DNA of 64,000 nucleotides from Candidatus Poribacteria bacterium (GCA_965208325.1 OZ242326.1:1792001-1856000), one strand, 5' to 3'. Positions 29,470-39,968 are shown, numbered from the stretch's first letter. Numbers and translations: made by a program. Notes: a model not told the origin generated them from the sequence alone.

Positions 29470-32400
29470 ATGTCTGGACTGAATACGTTAATGACCGTGA
29501 GTCTACTCGGCGGCATCGCCTTCGCACAGGCGCCGCAGCCAATTGAGCCGATGGAAGAGGATGTCACCCAAGGCGCATTGCGCGTTGATACCGAGGATGG
29601 AATCGTTGAATGCCCGCTGAAACACACGGATGTCAAGGCGAGCATCTCTGGCTTCATTGCCCGCGTGACAGTGACACAAACGTTCGACAACCCGTTCGAC
29701 GAAAATATCGAGGCAGTTTATGTGTTCCCGCTGCCGCATACCGCCGCCGTGGATGATATGACAATGGTCATCGGCGAACGGCGGATCGTGGGCTTGATCA
29801 AGCGTCGAGATGAAGCTCGTGCGATGTATGAACAGGCAATTAAGCAGGGATCGACAGCAAGCCTGCTAGAACAGGAACGCCCTAACATCTTTACCCAGTC
29901 GGTCGGCAACATTAAGCCGGGCAAAGAAATCCACATCGAAATTTCCTATGTTGATGTTCTCAACTACGACATGGGAACTTACGAATTTCATTTCCCGATG
30001 GTGGTCGGCCCCCGTTATATCCCGGGTGCGCCGATTTCCAAGAAACCGGAGTTGCCGAGCGAATTGAAGGGCAAGGTTGGCGAAATAGAAGAAACATTGA
30101 GCCCCGCAGAAGAGGGAGACCCGTCCGGCACAGGATGGTCGCCGGACACAACGCGGGTGACTGACGCCTCGCGAATAACTCCGCCGACGCTCAAGCCGGG
30201 CTACCGAACCGGACATGATATTAGTCTTTCACTGTTGCTCGAAGCGGGTGTGCCGGTTGGGGACATAAATATTATCAATCATGAAGCAACGATTAAGCGC
30301 ACGGGAGCATCAAGCGCCACGGCGGAAATTTCGCCTTCGGATTCAATTCCAAACAAGGATTTTGTGATGAAATACGCTGTCGCCGGTGAAAAGCCGGAAA
30401 TGGCGGTATTGACGCACTCCAAAGGCACTGGCCAAGGTTATTTCATGCTCATGATCCAGCCAAAACTGGACGCAGAACTCGCCCAAGCTCCGCCGCGCGA
30501 CCTTGTTTTTCTTGTTGATGCTTCCGGTTCGATGAGCGGGGAACCTTTGGATAAAGCGAAAGAGACGATGCGCCACTTTTTCCGCCTCAGTAAACCGAGC
30601 GACACTGTGCAGGTCATCACCTTTGCCAACCGCGCTGAGAATTTGTTTGAAAAACCGCTGCCGGCGACTCAAGACAACGTCGAACGCGCCCTGAACTTCA
30701 CACAGCAGATTCGAGCTAGCGGCGGAACGGAGATGCTCACGGGTATCCGAAAAGTGCTCAACGAGCCGGCGGACCCAAATAGGGTGCGAATTGTCGTAAT
30801 GCTCACGGATGGCCAAATCGGCAACGAGGCGGAGATAATTGAAGAGGTCGGCAAATGCGCTGGAGACCAGATTCGTTTTTGGACAATCGGCATCGGTTCG
30901 TCACCCAACCGCTTCCTAATTGACGGCGTGGCGAAACTGGGCGGCGGAATGTCCGGCGTACTTGATCTGGCCACCGATCCGAAGGAATTGGTTTCGCGGA
31001 TTGTTTACCGAATCCATCGGGCACAGCTCGCGAACATACAGATTGATTGGAACGATCTGTCCGTCTACGAAATCTTTCCTCGCCGCATCCCTGAACTGTG
31101 GGCGGGAAGTCCGGTCATCTTGCATGGACGTTACGCGGGCGGCGGAGAAACTCAAATTGAGTTGTCAGGTGCCGCGGAGGGAAAGCCGCTGACTTTTTCA
31201 CTGAACGTAACGCTTCCGAACGTGAACTCAGAGCACGGCGTGCTTTCCACCGTGTGGGCGCGGAAGAAGATTGAGGACATCTCGGCGCAGATGTATTATG
31301 CCGATACACCTGAAGTCGTTGAAGAAATTACGCGGGTCGCGCTGACGCATCGGCTGATTAGCCAATACACCAGTTTCGTCGCGGTGGATGAAAGCGAGGC
31401 ACAACTCGTTAGCCGACAGGCGAATCCGCCCCGGCAGGTCGTTGTCCCCGTGCCGATGCCCGCGGGAACTGATTTTGAGGGCGTGTTCGGCCGCAGACGT
31501 TTGGTGCGATTCGAAGCGGATTTTGCGGATTTTGAAATGGTTAATAGCCCAGTCCTTAGGGACACTTCGCCGTCAGCTCCAATGAATGTCCCATTATCCG
31601 AACCGGTCATGGCTCCGCATCAATCACGCCGCATGCACCATTTCGAGCAACCGGTACGGCGAAAATTAGCTGCGGCGAAGAATACCTGGAAAGCATCAGT
31701 GAACGCTTCAAGATTTTCGCACACGCCAGCCACACACATGAATACCGCAAACACTATCAGTCGAGCGGACTTCAGCGAATTGCACTCTCCAAACTATGCA
31801 CCGCCGAAATCCGATGTCATTGATGCAAGGGATGACTACTATGAACCAAGACATCGCACAATTGCGGATGCGGACGCGTGGCTCAACGATGGCTTGTATG
31901 AAGATGCGCATGTGGTTTTCGCAGACGCTGAAAAACTTCAGAATCACGGCAATCTCGAAGCGGCGCGACTCCGTTATCAACATGTGTTGGGGTTGCTAGC
32001 AGGCATCGACGATGCGGATGAAATATACCCCGCCGCTGCCAAAGCCATCTTCGCCATTACGGAAGAAATAGGCCGCAATCGCGCCGGAACCCATCCGCGA
32101 TTGAACCGAAAACTCGACCTCGTTATTCGGCATCAGCCGCTCGGCGATGCAATTCGCACGGTGGTCAAAGAAGGCGGATTCAAACTTGAGCTCATTGACG
32201 GCAGCCTCGAAGATGCCGGAGATTTACTGAATTTGACAGACCTTCGGGTGACGTATCTAGACTTGCGCAATGCCACAGTGATTCAAGCCCTTGATTGGCT
32301 GCTCGCGCCGTACCATCTGACGTGGGAAATGAAAGGCGCAGACACCATTACCGTCGGCACATCGCGGCGCCTACATGCCGCCTCCGCATGGGGATACGAA

Positions 32401-33438
32401 ATTGCCCATCTCGCAATACCTTCGGAAACTGAATTCAAGAAATTCAAGTCCGAGGAAGACGTTGAGAACGCGCTAAGCGATTTCCTTCAAGGAGTCAGAA
32501 TTGTCATCGACCAGAAGGACGATTCGGGACTCAATCCGGGGTCCGCGGTGTTGATTGACACGTCGCGATTGCTCGTCTACGGCGAGCCGCACATTCACGC
32601 GAAAGTAAAGATGTTGCTCGAAGCGTTGCGCGACAATCAACTAGACATCGCGGCAACCGCGGGGCGCAACCTGTCAAAGAAGGAGCGCACATCACTGAAA
32701 GCCCTGCAGCAACTAACGGCGAAACGTTGGGAAATGGGGGCTAAGGATCGAGAAGAAGCGGCGGCAAAAGGCGCGCGTGAGCACGTCGAAAGCAGCATGG
32801 TCGACACGCCTTGGCAGTTGCTTGCTGAAGCGGTTCGGGGTAGTGTTGACCTTGAGGCACTCACTCTTCTCCAACCGGCTTGGGACAACCCGCATCTCGG
32901 AGAAATAGATTCGAAACTTTTGGTCCGCGCTGCTTGGTGCATTGGCATGGCAGCGATAGCAATTCCCGACGATGCTGAACTGACAACTCTTGCCGATAAA
33001 GCCCTATCCACGGTGAAAGCGAAAAAAGTGTTGAACCCAAACCACATCGATGACTCCTCCGGTCTCACGCCTCTATACGCAGCGTTGTTGCTTCAAGACG
33101 GTGACGCTCAAAACAAGCAGGTTGGTAATGCTGTCAAGTCTCTAGCGATGATGAGCCAAAGGTCCTGGGATGGGACGACGCGCCTCATCGCAAAAGGTTG
33201 GCTTAGCACTTCGCCGGAAGTAGATCGCAAGTTATCGAATGCCATTTCAGCGCATGAAATTGAGGGCGACGATAATGTTCTTTTGACTAGCCTGCTAGCC
33301 AAACGCCGCGGCGGCGGGTTGTGGCAGACCTTCCGCGAGGAGATGCCATCCATCGTTGGAAAACAGCGGTTGAACGGTCATTTAGTGGTTCTCGTCAATC
33401 GGCTTGAGTCAGGGCCGCTGGCGTTTAACTCGAAATGA
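29470..33438 (+). CDS. VIT + VWA domain protein (ITIH-like) with a long C-terminal extension
   Basis: VTVTQTFDNP...EAVYVFPLP, LLEQERPNIFT, MIDAS DASGSM, GGTEM, LTDG, YTSFVAVD. Confidence 0.92.
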   Translation: MSGLNTLMTVSLLGGIAFAQAPQPIEPMEEDVTQGALRVDTEDGIVECPLKHTDVKASISGFIARVTVTQTFDNPFDENIEAVYVFPLPHTAAVDDMTMVIGERRIVGLIKRRDEARAMYEQAIKQGSTASLLEQERPNIFTQSVGNIKPGKEIHIEISYVDVLNYDMGTYEFHFPMVVGPRYIPGAPISKKPELPSELKGKVGEIEETLSPAEEGDPSGTGWSPDTTRVTDASRITPPTLKPGYRTGHDISLSLLLEAGVPVGDINIINHEATIKRTGASSATAEISPSDSIPNKDFVMKYAVAGEKPEMAVLTHSKGTGQGYFMLMIQPKLDAELAQAPPRDLVFLVDASGSMSGEPLDKAKETMRHFFRLSKPSDTVQVITFANRAENLFEKPLPATQDNVERALNFTQQIRASGGTEMLTGIRKVLNEPADPNRVRIVVMLTDGQIGNEAEIIEEVGKCAGDQIRFWTIGIGSSPNRFLIDGVAKLGGGMSGVLDLATDPKELVSRIVYRIHRAQLANIQIDWNDLSVYEIFPRRIPELWAGSPVILHGRYAGGGETQIELSGAAEGKPLTFSLNVTLPNVNSEHGVLSTVWARKKIEDISAQMYYADTPEVVEEITRVALTHRLISQYTSFVAVDESEAQLVSRQANPPRQVVVPVPMPAGTDFEGVFGRRRLVRFEADFADFEMVNSPVLRDTSPSAPMNVPLSEPVMAPHQSRRMHHFEQPVRRKLAAAKNTWKASVNASRFSHTPATHMNTANTISRADFSELHSPNYAPPKSDVIDARDDYYEPRHRTIADADAWLNDGLYEDAHVVFADAEKLQNHGNLEAARLRYQHVLGLLAGIDDADEIYPAAAKAIFAITEEIGRNRAGTHPRLNRKLDLVIRHQPLGDAIRTVVKEGGFKLELIDGSLEDAGDLLNLTDLRVTYLDLRNATVIQALDWLLAPYHLTWEMKGADTITVGTSRRLHAASAWGYEIAHLAIPSETEFKKFKSEEDVENALSDFLQGVRIVIDQKDDSGLNPGSAVLIDTSRLLVYGEPHIHAKVKMLLEALRDNQLDIAATAGRNLSKKERTSLKALQQLTAKRWEMGAKDREEAAAKGAREHVESSMVDTPWQLLAEAVRGSVDLEALTLLQPAWDNPHLGEIDSKLLVRAAWCIGMAAIAIPDDAELTTLADKALSTVKAKKVLNPNHIDDSSGLTPLYAALLLQDGDAQNKQVGNAVKSLAMMSQRSWDGTTRLIAKGWLSTSPEVDRKLSNAISAHEIEGDDNVLLTSLLAKRRGGGLWQTFREEMPSIVGKQRLNGHLVVLVNRLESGPLAFNSK

Positions 33439-33530
33439 CCGGAGTATTAGATTTGACTGGTTCTGAATTTCGAAAATTTAGCACTCACATAGGATGGCAC
33501 CCTTGAAGTGTGAGCGCTCAATGCCAATGG

Positions 33531-33564
33531 AAAAGCCCTGCTGGAGAATTCAACAGGGCTTTTT
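33531..33564. terminator. Intrinsic terminator, possibly bidirectional
   Basis: AAAAGCCCTG-loop-CAGGGCTTTTT. Confidence 0.75.
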
Positions 33565-33621
33565 CTAATGCATTGCGAATTTTAACCCAGCATCACCGTT
33601 CTCACATCAAGAGGGCATGCC

Positions 33622-34071
33622 ATGAAAATGACCCGCTTCCAAATTCCTCAACAAATCTTGTGGTTCGCCGCAATACTCAGCCTGACGCACTGTCTCGGTT
33701 GCCTGAACGTCATTGATAAAATCCTCGACAGCGGCGACGAAACATCAAACGGAGACAGCGTTGATGATAGCTGGATTATAACCGATATGTCAGTTAGAAA
33801 GGTTTCGGTGCTAATCGCCGAGAGCCAACCCGTCCAAGTTACGGTTGAGGTCGTTGGGTACCTGCCGGACGGTTGTACCACACGCCATGAGACGCATCAA
33901 TCAAGAGAAGGAAACACTGTTACCATTCAGATGACGATGAAACGCAGCAAGGATAGAATATGCACGAAGGTTGTGACAGACGTTCGAGAGCAGATTTATA
34001 TCGGGACTTTTGCGCCCGGCGATTACCTGGTCACCGTTAACGGTGTGAAAAAGAAATTTCGCGTTGATTAA
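33622..34071 (+). CDS. Putative lipoprotein with a small beta-rich domain
   Basis: Lipobox CLGC. ESQPVQVTVEVVGYLPDGCT...CTKV...GDYLVTVNG. Cys pair. Confidence 0.75.
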   Translation: MKMTRFQIPQQILWFAAILSLTHCLGCLNVIDKILDSGDETSNGDSVDDSWIITDMSVRKVSVLIAESQPVQVTVEVVGYLPDGCTTRHETHQSREGNTVTIQMTMKRSKDRICTKVVTDVREQIYIGTFAPGDYLVTVNGVKKKFRVD

Positions 34072-34102
34072 CCTTACGCCTTCCCGGCTCTAAGAATCTT
34101 CC

Positions 34103-36970
34103 CTAAAACAACGTCCGAAATAGAAACTTGATGTTACGCCCCGGCTCAGGCATGACCGATTTGATTCTCGAAAGGTGTTGGCGATATTCGGAGTCGAGGA
34201 GGTTTTCGATTGCGAACACCGCTTGATGTTGGAGCCCCCAAATCGAAAATAAATACTGGCAGCCCAAATCATAGGCGATGTATCCGTCGGTAGGCTCCTC
34301 AAATTCGCCTAACCGATGCTGCGAATTCGCGAATCTTGCCGTCAAATGGAGGTTCAACGGCTCAGTCACGTATCGGAGCGCTATTTTCCCGTTGAGGGGC
34401 GGCATCCGTTCAATGGGCAGTTCACTATCTTTTAAAGTCCCTCTGACGTAACTCGTGCGCACTTGCGCGTGCACTCGCGGCACAATCTCGGCGTCAACGG
34501 TCAACTCGGCGCCGTCAAGGACGGCATCCAGTCCGCGGTATTGGTAAATCCACAACCAGCCCGCGGCACCGCTGCCCCATTCCTTTTCACCGGTGTTTGC
34601 CGGAATCAGGTAACCGTAAATCTGGTTGCTGAAAATTGCTAGATTCAGTTTTAGCCGATTCCCCTTATAGCGCAGAAACGCCTCTGTTCCCCAGCCGTTC
34701 TCGGTGCCGAGTTCAGAGTTGCCGATTTCGTAGGAGTAGGCTGCCAGGTGAGGGCCATCCGAGAAAAGTTCCTCAATTCCTGGAGCGCGGAAGGTTTTCA
34801 TCATCGTTGCGCCCGCCTTCAAACCGCCGGTCCAATGGTAGATGCTAGACACGGCGCCTGACACGCCTCCGAAGTTTCGGCGACGGACTATTCCCGCCGC
34901 GGTCACTGTTCCCGTCGTGAATGGTTCAACTCGCTTGAAGTCGTAGCGAACCGCACCTTGCAGCGTGAAATCGCTAACTTTCTTCTGATTGAAGTAGAAG
35001 CCTGCGATAGACATTTCCCGCGCGTGCGGCGTCCAGTAGAATCCGCCGGTTGAATGATCGCGATATTCGCTCCACACTCCGGTTATGGCGTCATCAGACA
35101 GATGAGCCAGCGCGGACACATTGGTGGTCAACGCAATAAATTCGACGCCGAGCGTCTTGTTGGATTCAAACTCTTGATGTTGATATCGCGTGTGAGTTGA
35201 ATGAATTTTCAACTTCTCAAAGAACGAGCCATTGATTGAATACTCAAAGTTACCTTCATACCGTTGTCGATCGAGTTCGATATTGACTCCGGAGATGTGT
35301 CCTTCCGGCGATCCGGGGATACCGTAATCTGATCGGTTTCGCCCACCCGAAATACCAAGGTGCCCCCAATTCTTGACCACGGAAGCGCCGCTTGAAAAAT
35401 TGGTGTTTGATAGTGAGGTGTTCTCCAAGATACCAACGGGAGTGCGCGTATCGTCGGCATAGCGGCGATTCCATGCCAATCGCCACGCAAGGTCCCCGAT
35501 TGGAATCGTCAATCCTGTTGTCGCGGTAATTCCAGAATTGACAGATTCGCCCTGAAACTTGAGGTCTACGGAAGGGTGATGAGGCAAAGTCCGCGGGACG
35601 GTTTCGCGTTTGACATCTACGACGCCGCCGAGCGTGTTTGAACCGTAGATAAGCGATGCGGGTCCGCGGATGACCTTGATATTTTTTGCGGTGCTCGGAT
35701 CTATCACGACCGCATGGTCGGCTGCGGACGCCGATTTATCGCCGGTGCGCTCGCCATCCTCAAGAATGAGCAATCGGTCACCGCCCATACCCCGGATGAC
35801 CGGTCGCGCCACGGCGCGCCCCATCGACCGCTGTGCGACACTCACCTCATCGCGGAGTGCATCGGCGATGGTTATTCCCATCTTCGCATCCAGCTGTTCC
35901 TCTGAGAGTACGAGGCTAGTAGTTATTTCAAGCTGAGCGAGGACATCATCGTCAGGCGTGACCAAAATCTCTTGCAGTTGTACCACGCTGCCGTCCATCG
36001 AAACGGTTAATGCCGGTAGATTCGGTGCGAGTCTCGCGAAAAACCCGTGCCTGCGCCCATCCGCCGAATCATAGTGTCCGACGATAGACCCGTCCTGATT
36101 GATATTCCAGCCCTCCGTGCTAATGCTGTTCGGAACCGTAAATTCCTGCAGTCCGTCGCGGAACGTTCCGACATAGGTACGTGTGACACCATCCGCCGGT
36201 TTGGCCCGGGAAACGACAACCGTTGCATCGTTGATACCGTGCACAAAATAGAATTCCAGTCTTTCGGCATGTGAAATGTCGAGCGATACAAACGTGCCTT
36301 TCGGGGTACGAATGTATGGATGAAACAAGCCATCAGCGTCTACGTAGCTTCCCACCATACCACCGCTCGCGTTCACGAAATCGGCGTATGTTTCTGACGC
36401 CCCGGGGAACTCAATTACTTCGTCTCCCGAGAATCCGCGGCGAATCCCGGAAGCATCTATATAATTACCCGTCAGTGCCCCGGTCGTATCACTAATACCG
36501 TAAATCTCCGTTTGGACCGCACCTGGAAAATCGTATTGCCGCAACACGCCATTTTCCAAGATTACACCGTGGTACAGACCATCGCTATTCTGGTAGTGGC
36601 CTGCAGCTATCCCTGTGTTACCGAGTGCATAAAAATAGGTGTTCAGCGAGTCGGGGAAATCGTGCGTTAAAAATTCACCGTCAATTAGCGTAAAGCCGAT
36701 TATTTTTTCACCATCAGCGCTTTTTGTGTTGCCCGCGAAATCGCCGCGGTCGCTACTCGCAGTCAACTCTAAAAACTCCACACCGGGAACATCAATCGTC
36801 TCGACAGTATAGTTGGTGCCGCCGATTGCAACAACGGGATTATCGCCGTCCTGCGCATCAGTGCTTTTTAAGAAAAATGAATTGAGGTACATTATCAATA
36901 CAAACGTGCAATACCAAGTTGCATTCGGAGGTGTTGTTTTCATCATGCGAAACGTCCTCTTCAGTTTCAT
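34103..36970 (-). CDS. TonB-dependent receptor (ZnuD-like) with an N-terminal extracellular repeat domain
   Basis: Plug ARPVIRGMGGDRLLILEDG...RGPASLIYGS, FRAPGIEELFSDGPH, C-terminal MPEPGRNIKFLFRTLF. N-terminus has about 6 (D/E)FPGA..T...IN..G..G.Y...G..HGF repeats. Confidence 0.93.
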   Translation of the reverse strand: MKLKRTFRMMKTTPPNATWYCTFVLIMYLNSFFLKSTDAQDGDNPVVAIGGTNYTVETIDVPGVEFLELTASSDRGDFAGNTKSADGEKIIGFTLIDGEFLTHDFPDSLNTYFYALGNTGIAAGHYQNSDGLYHGVILENGVLRQYDFPGAVQTEIYGISDTTGALTGNYIDASGIRRGFSGDEVIEFPGASETYADFVNASGGMVGSYVDADGLFHPYIRTPKGTFVSLDISHAERLEFYFVHGINDATVVVSRAKPADGVTRTYVGTFRDGLQEFTVPNSISTEGWNINQDGSIVGHYDSADGRRHGFFARLAPNLPALTVSMDGSVVQLQEILVTPDDDVLAQLEITTSLVLSEEQLDAKMGITIADALRDEVSVAQRSMGRAVARPVIRGMGGDRLLILEDGERTGDKSASAADHAVVIDPSTAKNIKVIRGPASLIYGSNTLGGVVDVKRETVPRTLPHHPSVDLKFQGESVNSGITATTGLTIPIGDLAWRLAWNRRYADDTRTPVGILENTSLSNTNFSSGASVVKNWGHLGISGGRNRSDYGIPGSPEGHISGVNIELDRQRYEGNFEYSINGSFFEKLKIHSTHTRYQHQEFESNKTLGVEFIALTTNVSALAHLSDDAITGVWSEYRDHSTGGFYWTPHAREMSIAGFYFNQKKVSDFTLQGAVRYDFKRVEPFTTGTVTAAGIVRRRNFGGVSGAVSSIYHWTGGLKAGATMMKTFRAPGIEELFSDGPHLAAYSYEIGNSELGTENGWGTEAFLRYKGNRLKLNLAIFSNQIYGYLIPANTGEKEWGSGAAGWLWIYQYRGLDAVLDGAELTVDAEIVPRVHAQVRTSYVRGTLKDSELPIERMPPLNGKIALRYVTEPLNLHLTARFANSQHRLGEFEEPTDGYIAYDLGCQYLFSIWGLQHQAVFAIENLLDSEYRQHLSRIKSVMPEPGRNIKFLFRTLF

Positions 36971-37087
36971 TTTTTTAATTCTCGTTGGTTGCCAGTGAAC
37001 TTATCCCCATTGTTTAGACTGTCATCAACGGAAATTTAGGTGTAATGGCTACCCAATCCGGCTACGCTTCAACACCATCGAAATTAG

Positions 37088-37202
37088 GATTTGCACGAAG
37101 GTTGTGACCGAAATTCGAGAACAGATTTTTATCGGGACTTTTGCTAACGGTAATTACCTTGCAATCGTTAACGATTTGAAAACGAAGTTCAGCGTTTACT
37201 AA
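37088..37202 (+). pseudogene. Relic 3' end of a paralogue of the 33622-34071 lipoprotein gene
   Basis: Translates ICTKVVTEIREQIFIGTFANGNYLAIVNDLKTKFSVY* versus ICTKVVTDVREQIYIGTFAPGDYLVTVNGVKKKFRVD*. Confidence 0.88.
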
Positions 37203-37232
37203 TTTTACACCGTCTCGCTCTATTTGTCCTTC

Positions 37233-39851
37233 CTAAAACAACGTCCGATATAGAATCTTGACGTTACGCCCCGGCTCCGGCATCACCGATTTGATTCTAG
37301 AAAGGTGTTGACGGAATTCAGTATTGAATATATTCTCGACAGTGGCTACAAATTGATGTTGAAGTTGCCACATTGAGAACACTACCTGCAAGCCGGCGTC
37401 GTAGACGAGGTACCCGTCTGTCTTTTCTTCAAATTCGCCTAGCCGCTGCTGGTCGTCCGAATACCGCGCTGTCAAATGCAAATTTAACGGTAGGGTAACG
37501 TAGCGCAATGCCACTCGTCCGTTGAGCGGCGGGATGCGTTCGAGCGGCAACCCGCTTGCCGCCAAAGACCCTTTGACGTAACTCATGTGCGACTCTACAT
37601 GAATTCGCGGGAAAATTTCGGCGTCAATACTGATTTCGGCACCGTCGAGGATAGCGTCTTGCCCCTGGTATTGATATATCCACAGCCACCCTGCTGCGCC
37701 GCTACCCCATTCCTTTTCCCCGGTTTGGGTCGGGCTCAGATAGCCGTAAATCTGGTTGCGAAAAACGGCGAGATTGAACTTCATACGGTTGCCTGAATAG
37801 CGCAGAAATGCTTCCGTACCGAAGCCATCCTCCGAACCGAGTTCAGCGTTGCCGATTTCATATGAAAATACCGCGAGATGCGGACCGTCGGAAAAGAGTT
37901 CTTCAATTCCGGGCGTGCGGAATGTTCTCATGAACGTGGCGCCCAACCCAAGGTTTTCGTTCCATTGATAGATGCTTGAGACTGCGCCTGACGCGCCTCC
38001 GAAGTCGCGCTGCTGTACCTTTCCTGCACGTATTTCGACACCTTCAACAAACGGCTCAACCCTTTTCGCGTCGTAACGAAGCGCTGCCTGTAGTGTGAAG
38101 TGGTTGTATCGCTTCTGTTTGAAGAAGAACCCCGCCAAAGATATCTCCCGGGTGTGAGGTGTCCAGTAAAACCCACCCGTCGCATGGTCGCGATACTCGC
38201 TCCAAATTCCTGCAACTGCATCGCCGCGCAAGTGCAGCAGTGCGGTTGTGTTGTATGTCAATACACCGAACTCCACGCCGAGCGTGTTGTTGGATTCATA
38301 CTCTTGGTGTTGATAGCGCGCGTAGGTCGAGTGCAGCTTAATTTTTTCGAGAAACGATCCCTCAAACGCGTATTCCAGATTGCCCTCATACCGTTGGCGA
38401 TCGAGGTCAATGGTAACACCTTGGATGTGGCCTTCGGGCGAGCCGGGGATTCCATAGTCTGAACGGTAGCGGCCGCCGGAAATCCCGATGTGCCCCCAAT
38501 CCTTTACCACTGAAGCACCGGTTGAAAAATTGGTGTTTGATAACGACGTGTTTTCCAAAGTACCGACAGGTGTTTGAATATCGCCGGCGCGGCGGCGGTT
38601 CAGCTCCAACCGCCACGCGAGGTTACCGACCGGAATCGTTACTCCTGTTGTTCCGGTCAGCCCTGAGTTTACCGATTCACTCTGAAACGTGAAGTTCATC
38701 GTCGGCTGGTTGGGGAGAGTTTGCGGGATGGTCTCGCGCTTGACGTTGACTACGCCGCCGAGTGTGCTTGAACCGTAAAGCAGCGACGCTGGACCACGCG
38801 TGATCTCAATCTTTGCCGCGGTAGTTGGGTCAATCGCAACGGCATGGTCAGCAGAGGATGCCGATTTATCGCCTGAGCGCCCGCCGTCTTCGAGGATGAG
38901 CAGACGGTTACCGCCCATTCCCCGGACAACCGGCCGTGCTGCCGATCGCCCCATCGTGCGCTGGGCGATTCCTAGCTCTCCACTAAGGGTCTCGGCAATA
39001 GTTGCGCCCATTTGTTGATTTAGCTTCTGATCAGAGAGTTTGAAATCGGTTGTTTTCTCAAACCGAGCGAGTTCGTCATCGTCAGCCGTGACAATGATTT
39101 CACCGAGCTGGACCGTGCTAGGTTTTAATTTTACATCCAGCCTTATCGGATCCGCATTGACAGCAATTTTCTGATTTAATGTCTCATAACCAACGCACAT
39201 GAATTGCATTCCATGTGTCCCCAACACAATTTGACCAAACTGAAACAGCCCAGTTTCATCAGTTCGCGATTGGATAGTCTTCCCCGCGGCAACAAGGGTA
39301 ACCTCGACGTCCGAGATTGGATTTTTCGTCTCAGCGTCAATCACTTGTCCTGAAACGGAAACGGTGCGGGGCGCGGACAATCCGTCTACATTATGCGTCA
39401 AGAGAATGGCAAAAAGAGAGAACGTAAAAAGTTTAATTGGAGTTATTTCTTTGACCTTGTTCGACAATTTGCAGAGTTGACACATACGGCAGAGATGGCG
39501 ATTGATGAGGTGAACAACTGCTAGCAGAAGTCCGCCCATAGCTATGAAGATTACTTCGCTCCCCTCTGATGCGTGAAACCGTGCAATGTAGATGAGTGTT
39601 AATGCACCACCGAGCATTAGAAACACTCGCCATTTTCGGTGGTGCCGATAGCCCCACGTGAAACTGCCGACAGCAACTCCCACTGCGCCGACAACCAACG
39701 CCAACTCCGCTGACTCGCTGAGAATAAACCCAAGCCCAACCAGAGGCAATACGGTCATCAAGAGCGGGGCTGCCATACAGTGGACGGCACACGCAAACGA
39801 CAAGCATGCGCCTACATTGTCCACGACTGTGTGATTCAGATATCTGTTCAA
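37233..39851 (-). CDS. MerC domain fused to a carboxypeptidase-regulatory-like domain and a TonB-dependent receptor
   Basis: aa 1-131 are near-identical to the stand-alone MerC at 61993-62391. Then a signal-like segment, VSGQVIDAETKNPI...TDETGLF, a plug, and a barrel paralogous to 34103-36970. Confidence 0.9.
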   Translation of the reverse strand: MNRYLNHTVVDNVGACLSFACAVHCMAAPLLMTVLPLVGLGFILSESAELALVVGAVGVAVGSFTWGYRHHRKWRVFLMLGGALTLIYIARFHASEGSEVIFIAMGGLLLAVVHLINRHLCRMCQLCKLSNKVKEITPIKLFTFSLFAILLTHNVDGLSAPRTVSVSGQVIDAETKNPISDVEVTLVAAGKTIQSRTDETGLFQFGQIVLGTHGMQFMCVGYETLNQKIAVNADPIRLDVKLKPSTVQLGEIIVTADDDELARFEKTTDFKLSDQKLNQQMGATIAETLSGELGIAQRTMGRSAARPVVRGMGGNRLLILEDGGRSGDKSASSADHAVAIDPTTAAKIEITRGPASLLYGSSTLGGVVNVKRETIPQTLPNQPTMNFTFQSESVNSGLTGTTGVTIPVGNLAWRLELNRRRAGDIQTPVGTLENTSLSNTNFSTGASVVKDWGHIGISGGRYRSDYGIPGSPEGHIQGVTIDLDRQRYEGNLEYAFEGSFLEKIKLHSTYARYQHQEYESNNTLGVEFGVLTYNTTALLHLRGDAVAGIWSEYRDHATGGFYWTPHTREISLAGFFFKQKRYNHFTLQAALRYDAKRVEPFVEGVEIRAGKVQQRDFGGASGAVSSIYQWNENLGLGATFMRTFRTPGIEELFSDGPHLAVFSYEIGNAELGSEDGFGTEAFLRYSGNRMKFNLAVFRNQIYGYLSPTQTGEKEWGSGAAGWLWIYQYQGQDAILDGAEISIDAEIFPRIHVESHMSYVKGSLAASGLPLERIPPLNGRVALRYVTLPLNLHLTARYSDDQQRLGEFEEKTDGYLVYDAGLQVVFSMWQLQHQFVATVENIFNTEFRQHLSRIKSVMPEPGRNVKILYRTLF

Positions 39852-39968
39852 TTATTGGCTCCTAACGTCATACGTTACTTTTACCGGTTTCCGCTTTGCC
39901 GGTCCGGCATGCCAAATCCGAATTAATCGCTAGATTTGGCACGCTGACAGGCAAACTTATGTCTTCGG

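Noticed and set aside
39895..39955. Hairpin between the His lipoprotein and merC as an intrinsic terminator
   Set aside because: A long stem is present and identical at 62435-62495, but there is no U-tract on the coding strand. More likely a stability or processing element, which I cannot support further.
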